From the NCBI GenBank assembly GCA_035546275.1, contig DATKHW010000362.1, forward strand, positions 1-39,411: a DNA stretch of 39,411 bases, written 5' to 3'. Below are positions 1 to 8,615 of the stretch, piece by piece. Origin of the DNA: Gemmataceae bacterium. GTDB taxonomy: Bacteria > Planctomycetota > Planctomycetia > Gemmatales > Gemmataceae. The notes under the pieces were generated by a model, which saw only the letters and a program-made list of their open reading frames with translations, was not told where the DNA came from and did not search any database. Numbering within the stretch: position 1 is the first letter of the stretch; each line of letters starts with the position of its first letter. Both the position numbers and the translations under genes were made by a program.

Positions 1-635
1 ATGGAGCGGCCGCCCCGGCATCGCCCGGTCGGCTCTCGCTGGAAGTGTTGCCCAACACGGAGCCCACGCAGGGCCGCTGGCTCATGATGAGCGACGTCTG
101 CAAGCACTGCGTCACGGCCCCCTGCCAGCAGGCGTGCCCGACCGGCGCCCTCATCCATAACGAGTTCGAGAACGTCTACATCCAGCCCGACATCTGCAAC
201 GGCTGCGCCTACTGCATCGCGGCCTGCCCGTTCGGCGTCATCACCCGCAGCAGTCTCGACGGCCACGCGCACAAATGCACGCTCTGTTTCGACCGCCAGA
301 GAGACGGCCTCGTCCCGGCCTGCGCCAAGGCCTGTCCGACCCAGTCGATCCAGTTCGGCCCCATCGACGAGCTGCACAAGAAGGCCCGCAAGCGTGTGGA
401 AGAGCTTCAGCGGCGCGGCGTCCCGACCGCTCACCTGTACGGCGACGCCCCCACCGACACGTACTCCGGGCTGAACTCGTTCTACCTCCTGGTCGATCGC
501 CCCTCCGTGTACGGACTGCCAGAGAAGCCGTTCAACCCGTGGTTGCACATGAAGGGGGATTACGTCCGCGCCGTCGTCAGCGCGCTGGCCGCGATCGCCG
601 TGTTGCTCACGCTGTTCTTCCTCCTGGGGCGTTGA
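1..635 (+). CDS. 4Fe-4S iron-sulfur subunit of a molybdopterin (CISM/DMSO-reductase family) oxidoreductase, FdnH/HybA-like; 5' end cut by window edge
   Basis: Frame 3 is open from nt 3. Cys clusters CKHCVTAPC..CP, CNGCAYCIAACP and KCTLCFDR..PACAKACPT follow the FdnH pattern (KCTLCxDR..PACxKxCPT..FG). C-terminal hydrophobic helix AVVSALAAIAVLLTLFFLL. Stop TGA at 633-635. Confidence 0.85.
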   Translation, partial: GAAAPASPGRLSLEVLPNTEPTQGRWLMMSDVCKHCVTAPCQQACPTGALIHNEFENVYIQPDICNGCAYCIAACPFGVITRSSLDGHAHKCTLCFDRQRDGLVPACAKACPTQSIQFGPIDELHKKARKRVEELQRRGVPTAHLYGDAPTDTYSGLNSFYLLVDRPSVYGLPEKPFNPWLHMKGDYVRAVVSALAAIAVLLTLFFLLGR

Positions 636-636
636 G

Positions 637-1542
637 ATGCGTACCGACTCCATTCCGGCGATGAACCGCCGCGGTTATGCGAACGGCCCGGTGACCAAGA
701 CGCCGAACTGGCACACGCTCGTCGCCCTGGATCTGTTGCTCAACAACCTGACGACCGGACTGTTCCTGGTCGCGGCGGCTGGCGATCTGGCCGCGCCTGC
801 GGTCTTCACCCCCGCGGCGAAAGCGGCTTATCCGATCGCCCTCGTCCTCCTTCTCGCGGACCTCCTGTGTCTGGTGCTGGACCTGGGCGACCCGCTCCGC
901 TTCCATCACATGCTCCGGGTGGTTAAACCCAGCTCGCCCATGTCGCTCGGGACCTGGTGTCTCACGATCTACTCGGCGCCGCTGACCGTGGCCGCGGCGC
1001 TCAGCCTGCTGCCGGAAGGGGGGACGACCCTGGAGTGGGTGCGCAGGACGGCCGTGGTCCTCGGTCTCCTGCCCGCTCTGGGGTCCGCTGCCTACAAGGG
1101 GGTGCTGCTCAGCACCAACGCGCAACCGGGCTGGAAAGACGCCCGCTGGCTGGGCGGTTATCTCGCCAACTCGGCCCTGATGCTGGGCTGTGTGGAACTG
1201 CTCGCCCTGTCCGTCTTGATGGGGCAAGAGAGTGCGACGTCCGTCCTCCGAACCGCGCTGGGGCTGCTGCTCGTGCTCAACCTGATCCCCCTGGGCCTGT
1301 TGCTTGCGGACCTCCGCCCGGTGCTCGCGCCGGTCTGCACCCGCGAGCAGCTTTGGCGCGTCGGCCTGCTCACGCTCGCCGGGGGGACGCTGATCCCCGT
1401 GTGCCTCGTGCTCGTTGGGGGCGGCCCTCCGTTGCTGCTCGGCGCCGGCCTGTTGGTTTTGCTCGGGAGTCTGATCATCCGCTTCCTGATCGTCCGGATT
1501 CCCCGCGCTTCTGCACGAGCACCCGAGGAAAGTGATGTGTAA
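637..1542 (+). CDS. NrfD/PsrC-like polytopic membrane anchor subunit of the same oxidoreductase
   Basis: ATG lies 1 nt after the upstream stop (TGAgATG). 301 aa with about 8 hydrophobic helices. Sits directly behind an FdnH-type FeS subunit. Family call rests on context and composition, no diagnostic motif verified. Confidence 0.7.
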   Translation: MRTDSIPAMNRRGYANGPVTKTPNWHTLVALDLLLNNLTTGLFLVAAAGDLAAPAVFTPAAKAAYPIALVLLLADLLCLVLDLGDPLRFHHMLRVVKPSSPMSLGTWCLTIYSAPLTVAAALSLLPEGGTTLEWVRRTAVVLGLLPALGSAAYKGVLLSTNAQPGWKDARWLGGYLANSALMLGCVELLALSVLMGQESATSVLRTALGLLLVLNLIPLGLLLADLRPVLAPVCTREQLWRVGLLTLAGGTLIPVCLVLVGGGPPLLLGAGLLVLLGSLIIRFLIVRIPRASARAPEESDV

Positions 1543-1555
1543 CCGTGCATGGGGC

Positions 1556-2422
1556 TCACGGCCGGGGCAGGACGAACATGCCGGGGTTGAACGGCGGCGG
1601 CTCGGTGAGGCGGGGGCGGTTCGGCGGCCGGGTCCGCCCTTCTTTGATCGCCTTGAGCGCCTCCTCGTCGTCCTCGGTCGTCGTCACCTTGGTCTCCACG
1701 AGGTTCTCGGGCTTCTCCGCGCCCTTGTAGGTGCGAACCACGGTCTTTTGCGGCGTGCGCATCCTGCCGGTCGCCAGGTCCAGCGCGCCCATGGTGAACA
1801 GGGCCAGGTCGTTCCTCCCCTCGGCCGTCACCCAGACGTAGGTGTTGCAGTGGCAGCCGACGTAGCAGGCGTCCTTGGGAACGTCCTTTTTGCATCCGAC
1901 GCCGTACCAGCCGCGCGGCGGGAAGTAGTCGGCCAGGTCGGCCTCCTCGCCGGCGAAGAATTCTTTCATCTGTTTGGTGCAGAATTCATAGTTGGGGGTC
2001 GCCTCGCCCAGGACCAGCAGCCGGAAGGCGCAGCGCAGGCGGCGCAGGTTGTCGGCGTCGGTGATGGGCGTCAGCGACCAGTTCTCGGCCGTGGTCCTCT
2101 GGACGGAGAAGGGGAAGAGCAGGGAGAGGATCTCCAGCCCCGAGCCGGCGCCCTGCTGGGCAAAAGTGAGGGTCGGCGAGTAGTTAGGGCTGACGCCCGC
2201 GCCCGCCTGGTCGTTGACCGCGACGGTCCCCGAGCTGGCTACGGCGAAGGAGGGGACCGTATCGGGGTCGTCGTGGAACCGCGCCACGTTGTCGAGGACC
2301 TGCTTGTAGGCCAGGTCCGTCAGCGTGTTCGATGTCCGCACCGTGTCGTCCCGCAGGGCCCGCTGGGTGGCGCAGCCGCTGAGGGTCGAAACCATGCCGA
2401 TGAAAAACATGGCGCGGCGCAT
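1556..2422 (-). CDS. hypothetical lipoprotein (Cys-rich, Pro-rich tail)
   Basis: Signal peptide plus lipobox MRRAMFFIGMVSTLSGC. GGAGAG a few nt upstream of ATG 2422. 288 aa. No family recognised. Confidence 0.7.
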   Translation of the reverse strand: MRRAMFFIGMVSTLSGCATQRALRDDTVRTSNTLTDLAYKQVLDNVARFHDDPDTVPSFAVASSGTVAVNDQAGAGVSPNYSPTLTFAQQGAGSGLEILSLLFPFSVQRTTAENWSLTPITDADNLRRLRCAFRLLVLGEATPNYEFCTKQMKEFFAGEEADLADYFPPRGWYGVGCKKDVPKDACYVGCHCNTYVWVTAEGRNDLALFTMGALDLATGRMRTPQKTVVRTYKGAEKPENLVETKVTTTEDDEEALKAIKEGRTRPPNRPRLTEPPPFNPGMFVLPRP

Positions 2423-2620
2423 CGGCGCTCTCCGAGATTCACCGGTGGGGAAGGGACGACCGAAGCCGGGCCGTGGAGTCCGGGCGCTGACAAGGGCGAT
2501 CAGGGCGCCGACGAGTTGACGATATCGATGATATCGACTTTACGGGTCAGGAACTTGACGCGACATAGGAAACGCCGGGTCCCAATCAGGCCGCGGCCTC
2601 AGAAGTCGCGGGGAAAGGCT

Positions 2621-4063
2621 CTAAGACGGGTCGTTTTCGTCGGCTTCGACGGTTGGTGTTATGTGCAGCCCCAGGTCGCGAAGCTTCTGGCGCAGCGTCT
2701 GGCGGGCGATCCCAAGCAGGCGGGCCGCCTGGTACTGATTGCCGCGCGTGTGCTCCAAAACGCGGGGCAGCAGGAGGCGGTCCACCTGACGATGCACCTC
2801 CGCGTAAAGGTCGGACGCTTCGGGCGTGAGCCGTTGGTCGATGAACGCTTCCAGGCTCAGGTCCTGCGCCGCGGTGGTGGCCGCGGCGGCGTCGCCGGAT
2901 CGTGCCGGGAGTTCGGGGAGGAAGGCCGGAAGCAGCACCGTGCCGCTCGCCTGGAGCAGGCTCTGTTTCAGCACGCTCTGCAGTTCCCGGATGTTGCCCG
3001 GCCAGGGGTAAGCGGACAGCCGCTGCAGCGCCTCCGCCGCAATCTCCTGCACCTCCCGCCCCAGCTCCCGGCTGAAGCGCCGGAGGTAGTGCCGCACCAG
3101 CAGCGGCAGATCGTCGCCGCGCTCGCGCAGGGCAGGCAAGTGGATGGAGAAGACGCCCAGCCGGTAATACAGGTCCGGCCGGAATTTTCCCTCGGCCGAC
3201 CACGCGGCCAGGTCGCGGTGCGTCGCCGCGATGATCCGCACGTCGGTCTGGACCGTCTCGTTGCCGCCGAGGCGCTCGAAGGATTGTTCTTGAAGAAGCC
3301 GCAGGATCTTCGCCTGGAGCGACAGCGGCATGTCGCCGATTTCGTCCAGGAACAGCGTGCCGCCGTTGCACTGCTCGAACTTGCCGATGCGTCGGCGGTC
3401 GGCGCCGGTGAAGGCGCCCTTTTCATGGCCGAACAGCTCGCTTTCCAGCAGCTGCTCTGGAATGGCGGCGCAGTTCAGGGCCAGGAAAGGCGCCTTGGCG
3501 CGGGGACCGTGCTGGTAGACGGCGCGGGCCACCAGCTCCTTGCCGGTTCCGCTTTCTCCAGTAATCAGCACCGGCACGTTCTGGGCGGCGACCCGGCCGA
3601 CGGCCTTGTAGACGTCCCGCATGGCCGGGCAGCCGCCGACGATGGCGCCGTCCACGTCCGCGTCGGCCGCGTTATCGGCGAGCACGGCCGGCTCGCGCAT
3701 CCGCCGGGCGACCTCCAGGGCCTCGCCGACCACGCGCCGCAGCTGGTGCAGATCGAGCGGTTTGAACAGGTAGTCGTAGGCCCCCTGTTTCATCGCCTCG
3801 ATGGCCGCGTCCGCTCCCTTGGTCATCGTGATGAAGATGACGGGAATCCGCGCGTCGATCCGGCGGACCTGCTGATAGACCTCCAGCCCGGACTGGTCGG
3901 GCAGACGCAGGTCAAGCAGAATGACGTCGGGCGGGTCGGCGCGAACGAGCTCCAGCCCCTCGGCGCCGGAGCCGGCCACAGCGACGCGGTGCTGCGAAAA
4001 GGCCTGGCGCACCTGCTCCGGGATCAGGGCCGCGTCGTCGTCGATGAGCAGCAGGCGAGGCAT
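2621..4063 (-). CDS. sigma54-dependent response regulator (NtrC family), canonical receiver
   Basis: Receiver with all canonical residues ([27 protein letters not shown]). AAA+ module ([31 protein letters not shown]). Fis-type HTH ([23 protein letters not shown]). Confidence 0.95.
   Translation of the reverse strand: MPRLLLIDDDAALIPEQVRQAFSQHRVAVAGSGAEGLELVRADPPDVILLDLRLPDQSGLEVYQQVRRIDARIPVIFITMTKGADAAIEAMKQGAYDYLFKPLDLHQLRRVVGEALEVARRMREPAVLADNAADADVDGAIVGGCPAMRDVYKAVGRVAAQNVPVLITGESGTGKELVARAVYQHGPRAKAPFLALNCAAIPEQLLESELFGHEKGAFTGADRRRIGKFEQCNGGTLFLDEIGDMPLSLQAKILRLLQEQSFERLGGNETVQTDVRIIAATHRDLAAWSAEGKFRPDLYYRLGVFSIHLPALRERGDDLPLLVRHYLRRFSRELGREVQEIAAEALQRLSAYPWPGNIRELQSVLKQSLLQASGTVLLPAFLPELPARSGDAAAATTAAQDLSLEAFIDQRLTPEASDLYAEVHRQVDRLLLPRVLEHTRGNQYQAARLLGIARQTLRQKLRDLGLHITPTVEADENDPS
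3255..3448. repeat. 194-nt tract about 97% identical to 16992-17185 (inside paralogous activator genes)
   Basis: Hand alignment gives 6 mismatches in 194 nt with no gaps. Flanking coding sequence is clearly more diverged. Confidence 0.85.
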
Positions 4064-4075
4064 GCAGCACCCGCT

Positions 4076-4124
4076 CCCCCTCGCCTTACCCTCTGTCCTG
4101 GGGAAAGAGGGTAAGGCGAGGGGG
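4076..4124. repeat. perfect 19-bp-stem palindrome (CCCCCTCGCCTTACCCTCT-N11-AGAGGGTAAGGCGAGGGGG), family A
   Basis: Read directly. Lies in the divergent spacer, 13 nt upstream of the activator ATG at 4063. Arms nearly identical to those at 12262-12316. Confidence 0.9.
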
Positions 4125-4208
4125 AAATGAGAATGGAAGCCGAGACGTCAGATTCATTTTCGGAACCGCGGCGGGGGCTGTCCACCCGCGCCGCCATGCG
4201 AGGTCGTC

Positions 4209-7200
4209 ATGCGCGAAACACTCCGCGCCCGGCTGGTCGCCTGCGCCGTGGCCGTGCTGGCCACGGCCGCTTGTCTTTTGATCCGCTGGCCGCTTTGGCC
4301 GCTGCTGGAGGACGCGGTCCCCCACATGACCTTTTTGCCGGCGGTCATGGTCGCCGCGTACTTCGGCGGCTTCTGGCCCGGCCTGCTGGCCACCGGCCTC
4401 AGCGCCCTGGCCGCGAACTATTTCTTCACCAAGCAGCTCAGCCCGTTCCACGTTCGCAGCGTCAACGACGTGGCGGCTTTGGTCCTCTTCCTTGTGGTCG
4501 GAGTTATCGTCAGCGCCCTGTGCGAGTCCCTGCACCGGGCGCGGCGCCGCCTCGTGGAGCGGGAGCGGCGGCGGGCCGAGGAGGCCCTGCGCGAGACCGA
4601 GGAGCGCTTCCGGCAACTGGCGGAGAATATCCACGAGATCTACTGGATGATGGACGCACGGGACGGCCGGATACTGTATATCAGCCCCGGCTACGAAGAG
4701 GCGGCGGGGCGGTCGCGCCAGGAACTCTACGATAAGCCGGAATCCTGGGTCCGGATCCTCCACCCCGACGACCGGGACAAGATGGCGGCGATTCTAGAGC
4801 GGTACCGGCGCGGCGCTTTCCCGGAGGCGGAGTTCCGGCTGATGCGCCCGGACGGCTTGGTCCGCTGGCTGCGAAGCCGCGCCTTCCCCGTCCACGACAC
4901 CGGCGGCAGTCCGTCGCGTTTCGCCGGCCTGGCCGAGGACATTACCGAACGCAAGCGGTCCGAAGAAGCGCTGCGGGAAAGCGAACAGCGGTTTCGGACG
5001 TTCGTGGACCACGCCGCCGACGCGTTCTTCCTGCACGAGGAAGGTACGGCCCGCATTCTGGACGCGAACCGCCAGGCGTGCGAGAGCCTGGGGTACACGC
5101 GGGACGAGCTGCTGGGAATGAACGCTTTCGACTTCGACCCCGACCACACCCCGGCCCGCCGTGAGGACCTCCTGCGGCAGCTCGCCGCCGGTAAGACGGC
5201 CGCGTTCGAGTCCCGACATCGGCGCAAGAACGGGACGATCTTTCCGGTAGAGATCCGGGCGCAGGAATTCATGGAGGGCGGCCGGCGGTTCCTGGTTTCC
5301 CTGGCCCGGGACGTCACGGAACGCAAACAGGACGAAGCGCTGCTCATAAGCCAAAAGCACATCCTGAAGATGATTGTCCAGGGTGAGCCGCTGCCCCACG
5401 TCCTGTCGGCCCTTTGCCGGGGGATGGAAGACCTGGCGCATGGTGAAATGCTGACCTCCGTACTCCTGCTCGACGCCGACGGCGTCCACATGCGGCATGG
5501 AGCGGCGCCGAGCCTTCCCGAGAGTTACGTCCGAGCGATCGACGGCTTCTCCATCGGTCCGTCCGTGGGGTCGTGCGGCACGGCGGCGTACCGTCGCGAG
5601 CCTGTCTACGTCTCGGACATCGCCAACGATCCCCTGTGGGCGCCCTACGCCGGGTTGGCGCTGCCTCACGGCCTGCGCGCCTGCTGGTCGTCGCCCATCC
5701 TCTCCAGCACCGGCGAGGTGCTCGGCACGTTCGCCGCATATTACAAGCAGCCGCGGAGTCCCACGCCGCGAGACCTGCGCACCGTGGACATCTTCACCCG
5801 CACGGCCGCCGTCGCCATCGAGAAGAGCCAGGCCGAGCAGGCGCTGCGGGAAAGCGAGCAGCGGTTCCGCGGCACATTCGAGAATGCCGCCGTCGGCATC
5901 TTCCATACGGACGCCGACGGCCGCTTCCTGCGCGTCAACGAGAAGTTCTGCGCCATCGTCGCCTACCCCCGCGAGGAGCTGTTCGGGAAGACGTTTCGGG
6001 ACCTCACGCACCCCGACGACCTGGCCGTGGGGGCCGAATTCTTCGCGCCGCTCATGCGGGGCGAGCTGGCCAGCTACGCGCTGGAGAAGCGCTACGTTCG
6101 CAAGGACGGTTCGCCCGTCTGGGTGGAGTTGTTTATCTCGCTCCAGCGCGACGCGGCGGGCGCCCCCGCCTATTCCATCGCGGTGCTCCAGGACATCTCG
6201 GAGCGCAAGCGGCTGGAAGCGGAGCTGCGGCGCGCAAAGGAGGCGGATGCCGAGCGCGCTCGGCTGGCCGAGCTGGGCCGCGACGTGGGCGTCGCCCTGA
6301 GCGGCGGCGTCACGCTGAACGAGTTCCTCCAGCCCTGCGCCGAGGCCCTGGTGCGTTACCTGGACGCGGCCTTCGCGCGCATCTGGTGGCTGCCGCCCGG
6401 CGAGGAAGTTCTGGAGCTGCAGGCCAGCGCGGGCCTGTACACCCACCTGGACGGCGACCACTCCCGTATCCCTATCGGACGGCTCAAGATCGGCCGGATC
6501 GCCCGGGAGCGTCGGCCGGTGCTCACCAACGAGGTCCAGACCGACCCGTGCGTCAGCGACCCGGACTGGGCCAAGCGCGAGGGCATGGTCGCCTTCGCCG
6601 GCTTCCCCCTCGTCGTCAACGACCGCCTGCTGGGCGTGCTCGGCATGTTCGCCCGCCGGCCCCTGTCGCCGGCCGTGCTTCAGGCGCTGGAATCGACGGC
6701 CGCCCTGATCGCCCTGGGCATCGAGCGCAAGCTGCGGGGGATAGAGCTGCGGCAGGCGAAGGAGGCGGCGGAGGCGGCCAACCGGGCCAAAGACGAGTTC
6801 CTGGCCAACGTCAGCCACGAGATCCGCACCCCCATGAACGCCATCTTCGGCATGACCGAGCTGGTCCTCGACTCGCCGCTGACGGACGACCAGCGGCAGT
6901 GCCTGCGGACGGTCAAGTCGGCGGCAGACAGTTTGCTGGGCATCATCAACGACCTGCTCGACTTCTCCAAGATCGAGGCCGGCAAGATGGAGCTGGACCA
7001 TGCCGACTTCTCGCTGCGTTCGGCGGTTGGGGACACGCTGCGGGCCCTGGCCGCGCGCGCCCAGGCGGCGGGGCTGGAGCTGGCCTGTCACATCGAGCCG
7101 GACGCGCCGGACGCCCTCGTCGGGGATGCGGGCCGGCTGCGGCAAGTGCTGCTTAACCTGGTGGGTAATGCGATCAAATTCACGGAACGAGGCGAGGTGG

Positions 7201-8429
7201 TCGTCGCCGTGAAAATGATGAATGATCAATGCGGAATGATGAATCCAGACGACTCCAGCGATTCGGGTTCTGATATTCATCATTCATCATTCATCGTTCT
7301 GCATTTCTCGGTCCGCGACACCGGCATCGGCATCCCCAAGGACAAGCAGGCGTCGATCTTCCGGGCCTTTGAGCAGGAGGACGCCTCGACCACGCGCAAG
7401 TACGGCGGCACCGGCCTGGGCCTGAGCATCGCCTCGCGGCTGGTCGCCCTGATGGGCGGGACGATCACGGTGGACAGCGAGCCGGGGCGCGGCAGCACCT
7501 TCGCCTTCACAGCCCGTTTCGGACCGCAGCCGCACCCGTCGGCGAGCGGCCGGCATGAGCCGGCCGGTGAGGGTGGGAACGAGCTTACCCCGCCCCTGCA
7601 GAGCAGCCGCTCGCCGCTGCGCATCCTGGCGGCCGAGGACAACGAGTTCAATGCGCAGCTCCTGGAGCAGCTGCTGGGGCGACGCGGACATCAGGTGCGG
7701 CTGGCGAACAACGGCCGGGACGCACTGGCGCTGGCGGAGGAAGGAACCTTCGACCTGCTGCTCCTGGACGTCCACATGCCGGAAATGGACGGTTTTCAAG
7801 TCGCCCGGGCGATCCGTGAGCGGGAGCGCTCGACGGGCGGCCATTTGCCCATCATCGCCCTGACCGCGCGGTCGCGGAACGCGGACCGCGAGCAGTGCCT
7901 GGCGGCCGGCATGGACGATTTCCTGATCAAGCCGATCCGGGCCGCCGACCTGTGGGCGGCGATCGAACGGGCCCTTCTGAGGGATGAGGGAAGAGGGATG
8001 AAGGATGAAGGAAAGCCGGGCGTCCCTCCTGGCTCATCCTTCATCCCTCATCCCTCATCCCTTCTGGACGCGCCGGTGCTGCTCGCCGCCTGCGGGGGCG
8101 ATGCGGCTATTCTGGAGAAGATTTGTCAGGCATTTCGAGCCAGCCTGCCGAATCAGCTGGCGGCCGTACAGGAAGCTCTGGGTCAGCAGGACGCGCCGCG
8201 CTTGCGCGAGGCCGCGCACAAGCTGTCGAGCATGGTCGCGACGTTTTCCACAAGGGCCGGCGGCGTGGCGTCCGACCTCGAAGATCATGCGGCAGGCGGC
8301 CGGCTCGAAGAGGCTCGGCCGCTGGTCGCTCGGCTGGAGGCGATGGCGGAGGAACTGCTGCGGGAGGCAGGCGGCCTGTCGCTCGACGCCCTGCGAGGAC
8401 AGGCGGCGCCTGCCGCATTAACCCGCTGA
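4209..8429 (+). CDS. hybrid sensor histidine kinase (DUF4118-like membrane module, PAS x3, GAF x2, HisKA, HATPase, receiver, Hpt)
   Basis: N-terminal hydrophobic KdpD-like module. Repeated EEALRESEQRFR PAS linkers. H-box FLANVSHEIRTPMNAI, N-box NLVGNAIKFT, G-boxes DTGIGI and GGTGLGLSI. Receiver LLLLDVHMPEMDG..IIALTA..FLIKP. Hpt EAAHKLSSMVATFS. Confidence 0.95.
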   Translation: MRETLRARLVACAVAVLATAACLLIRWPLWPLLEDAVPHMTFLPAVMVAAYFGGFWPGLLATGLSALAANYFFTKQLSPFHVRSVNDVAALVLFLVVGVIVSALCESLHRARRRLVERERRRAEEALRETEERFRQLAENIHEIYWMMDARDGRILYISPGYEEAAGRSRQELYDKPESWVRILHPDDRDKMAAILERYRRGAFPEAEFRLMRPDGLVRWLRSRAFPVHDTGGSPSRFAGLAEDITERKRSEEALRESEQRFRTFVDHAADAFFLHEEGTARILDANRQACESLGYTRDELLGMNAFDFDPDHTPARREDLLRQLAAGKTAAFESRHRRKNGTIFPVEIRAQEFMEGGRRFLVSLARDVTERKQDEALLISQKHILKMIVQGEPLPHVLSALCRGMEDLAHGEMLTSVLLLDADGVHMRHGAAPSLPESYVRAIDGFSIGPSVGSCGTAAYRREPVYVSDIANDPLWAPYAGLALPHGLRACWSSPILSSTGEVLGTFAAYYKQPRSPTPRDLRTVDIFTRTAAVAIEKSQAEQALRESEQRFRGTFENAAVGIFHTDADGRFLRVNEKFCAIVAYPREELFGKTFRDLTHPDDLAVGAEFFAPLMRGELASYALEKRYVRKDGSPVWVELFISLQRDAAGAPAYSIAVLQDISERKRLEAELRRAKEADAERARLAELGRDVGVALSGGVTLNEFLQPCAEALVRYLDAAFARIWWLPPGEEVLELQASAGLYTHLDGDHSRIPIGRLKIGRIARERRPVLTNEVQTDPCVSDPDWAKREGMVAFAGFPLVVNDRLLGVLGMFARRPLSPAVLQALESTAALIALGIERKLRGIELRQAKEAAEAANRAKDEFLANVSHEIRTPMNAIFGMTELVLDSPLTDDQRQCLRTVKSAADSLLGIINDLLDFSKIEAGKMELDHADFSLRSAVGDTLRALAARAQAAGLELACHIEPDAPDALVGDAGRLRQVLLNLVGNAIKFTERGEVVVAVKMMNDQCGMMNPDDSSDSGSDIHHSSFIVLHFSVRDTGIGIPKDKQASIFRAFEQEDASTTRKYGGTGLGLSIASRLVALMGGTITVDSEPGRGSTFAFTARFGPQPHPSASGRHEPAGEGGNELTPPLQSSRSPLRILAAEDNEFNAQLLEQLLGRRGHQVRLANNGRDALALAEEGTFDLLLLDVHMPEMDGFQVARAIRERERSTGGHLPIIALTARSRNADREQCLAAGMDDFLIKPIRAADLWAAIERALLRDEGRGMKDEGKPGVPPGSSFIPHPSSLLDAPVLLAACGGDAAILEKICQAFRASLPNQLAAVQEALGQQDAPRLREAAHKLSSMVATFSTRAGGVASDLEDHAAGGRLEEARPLVARLEAMAEELLREAGGLSLDALRGQAAPAALTR
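7215..7304. repeat. imperfect AT-richer palindrome (ATGATGAATGA...TCATTCATCAT), in frame inside the HATPase domain, family C variant
   Basis: Inner arms GAATGATGAAT (7234-7244) and ATTCATCATTC (7275-7285) pair perfectly; outer arms pair only with shifts. Translates to MMNDQCGMMN...IHHSSFIV between the N-box and G1-box. Confidence 0.7.
7562..7617. repeat. family B element (degenerate left arm, TTACCCCGCCCCTGCA..AGCCGCTCGCC), in frame in the kinase-to-receiver linker
   Basis: Aligns over 56 nt with 14368-14423 (about 10 mismatches, mostly in the left arm). Translated GEGGNELTPPLQSSRSP. Confidence 0.75.
7981..8061. repeat. 28-bp-arm inverted repeat (GGGATGAGGGAAGAGGGATGAAGGATGA / TCATCCTTCATCCCTCATCCCTCATCCC), in frame in the receiver-to-Hpt linker, family C
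   Basis: Arms 7981-8008 and 8034-8061 are complementary with 1 mismatch. Translated RDEGRGMKDEG...SSFIPHPSSL. Confidence 0.9.
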
Positions 8430-8440
8430 AGGGTTAGAGT

Positions 8441-8572
8441 CTGTCCCATAAGCCCCTCGCCCCCGTACTCGGGGGAGAGGGGCGAGGGGGCATGGTTTCC
8501 TGGGCCAAAAACCCCTCACCCCCGACCCCTCTCCCCGGAGTACCGGGGAGAGGGGAGAAGCTTATGGGACAG
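8441..8572. repeat. composite nested palindromic element between convergent genes
   Basis: Outer 13-nt inverted repeat CTGTCCCATAAGC (8441-8453) / GCTTATGGGACAG (8560-8572). It encloses two hairpins: CCCCTCGCCCC (8453-8463) with GGGGCGAGGGG (8479-8489), and CCCCTCTCCCCGG (8526-8538) with CCGGGGAGAGGGG (8543-8555). Confidence 0.9.
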
Positions 8573-8615
8573 TCACTAAAATCACAGTTCCAGATACCTC
8601 TCCTTCCGGACGCTA

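Noticed and set aside
2496-2510. CGGCGC-N5-TCGC on the minus strand, 60-75 nt upstream of the lipoprotein gene
   Set aside because: The spacing is right, but both the -24 and -12 boxes carry a core-adjacent mismatch, so it is indistinguishable from background without a calibrated PWM.
1532-4114. Very long ORFs antisense to or overlapping real genes (1532-4114 +, 4794-7283 -, 12404-13981 -, 16328-18031 +, 18748-20109 -, 20623-22122 -, 22197-23684 +, 26630-27646 +, 37936-39378 -, and many shorter ones)
   Set aside because: These are typical high-GC shadow ORFs. They are Arg/Gly/Ala/Pro-rich with no recognisable motifs or ribosome-binding sites, and each lies opposite a gene with clear domain signatures.
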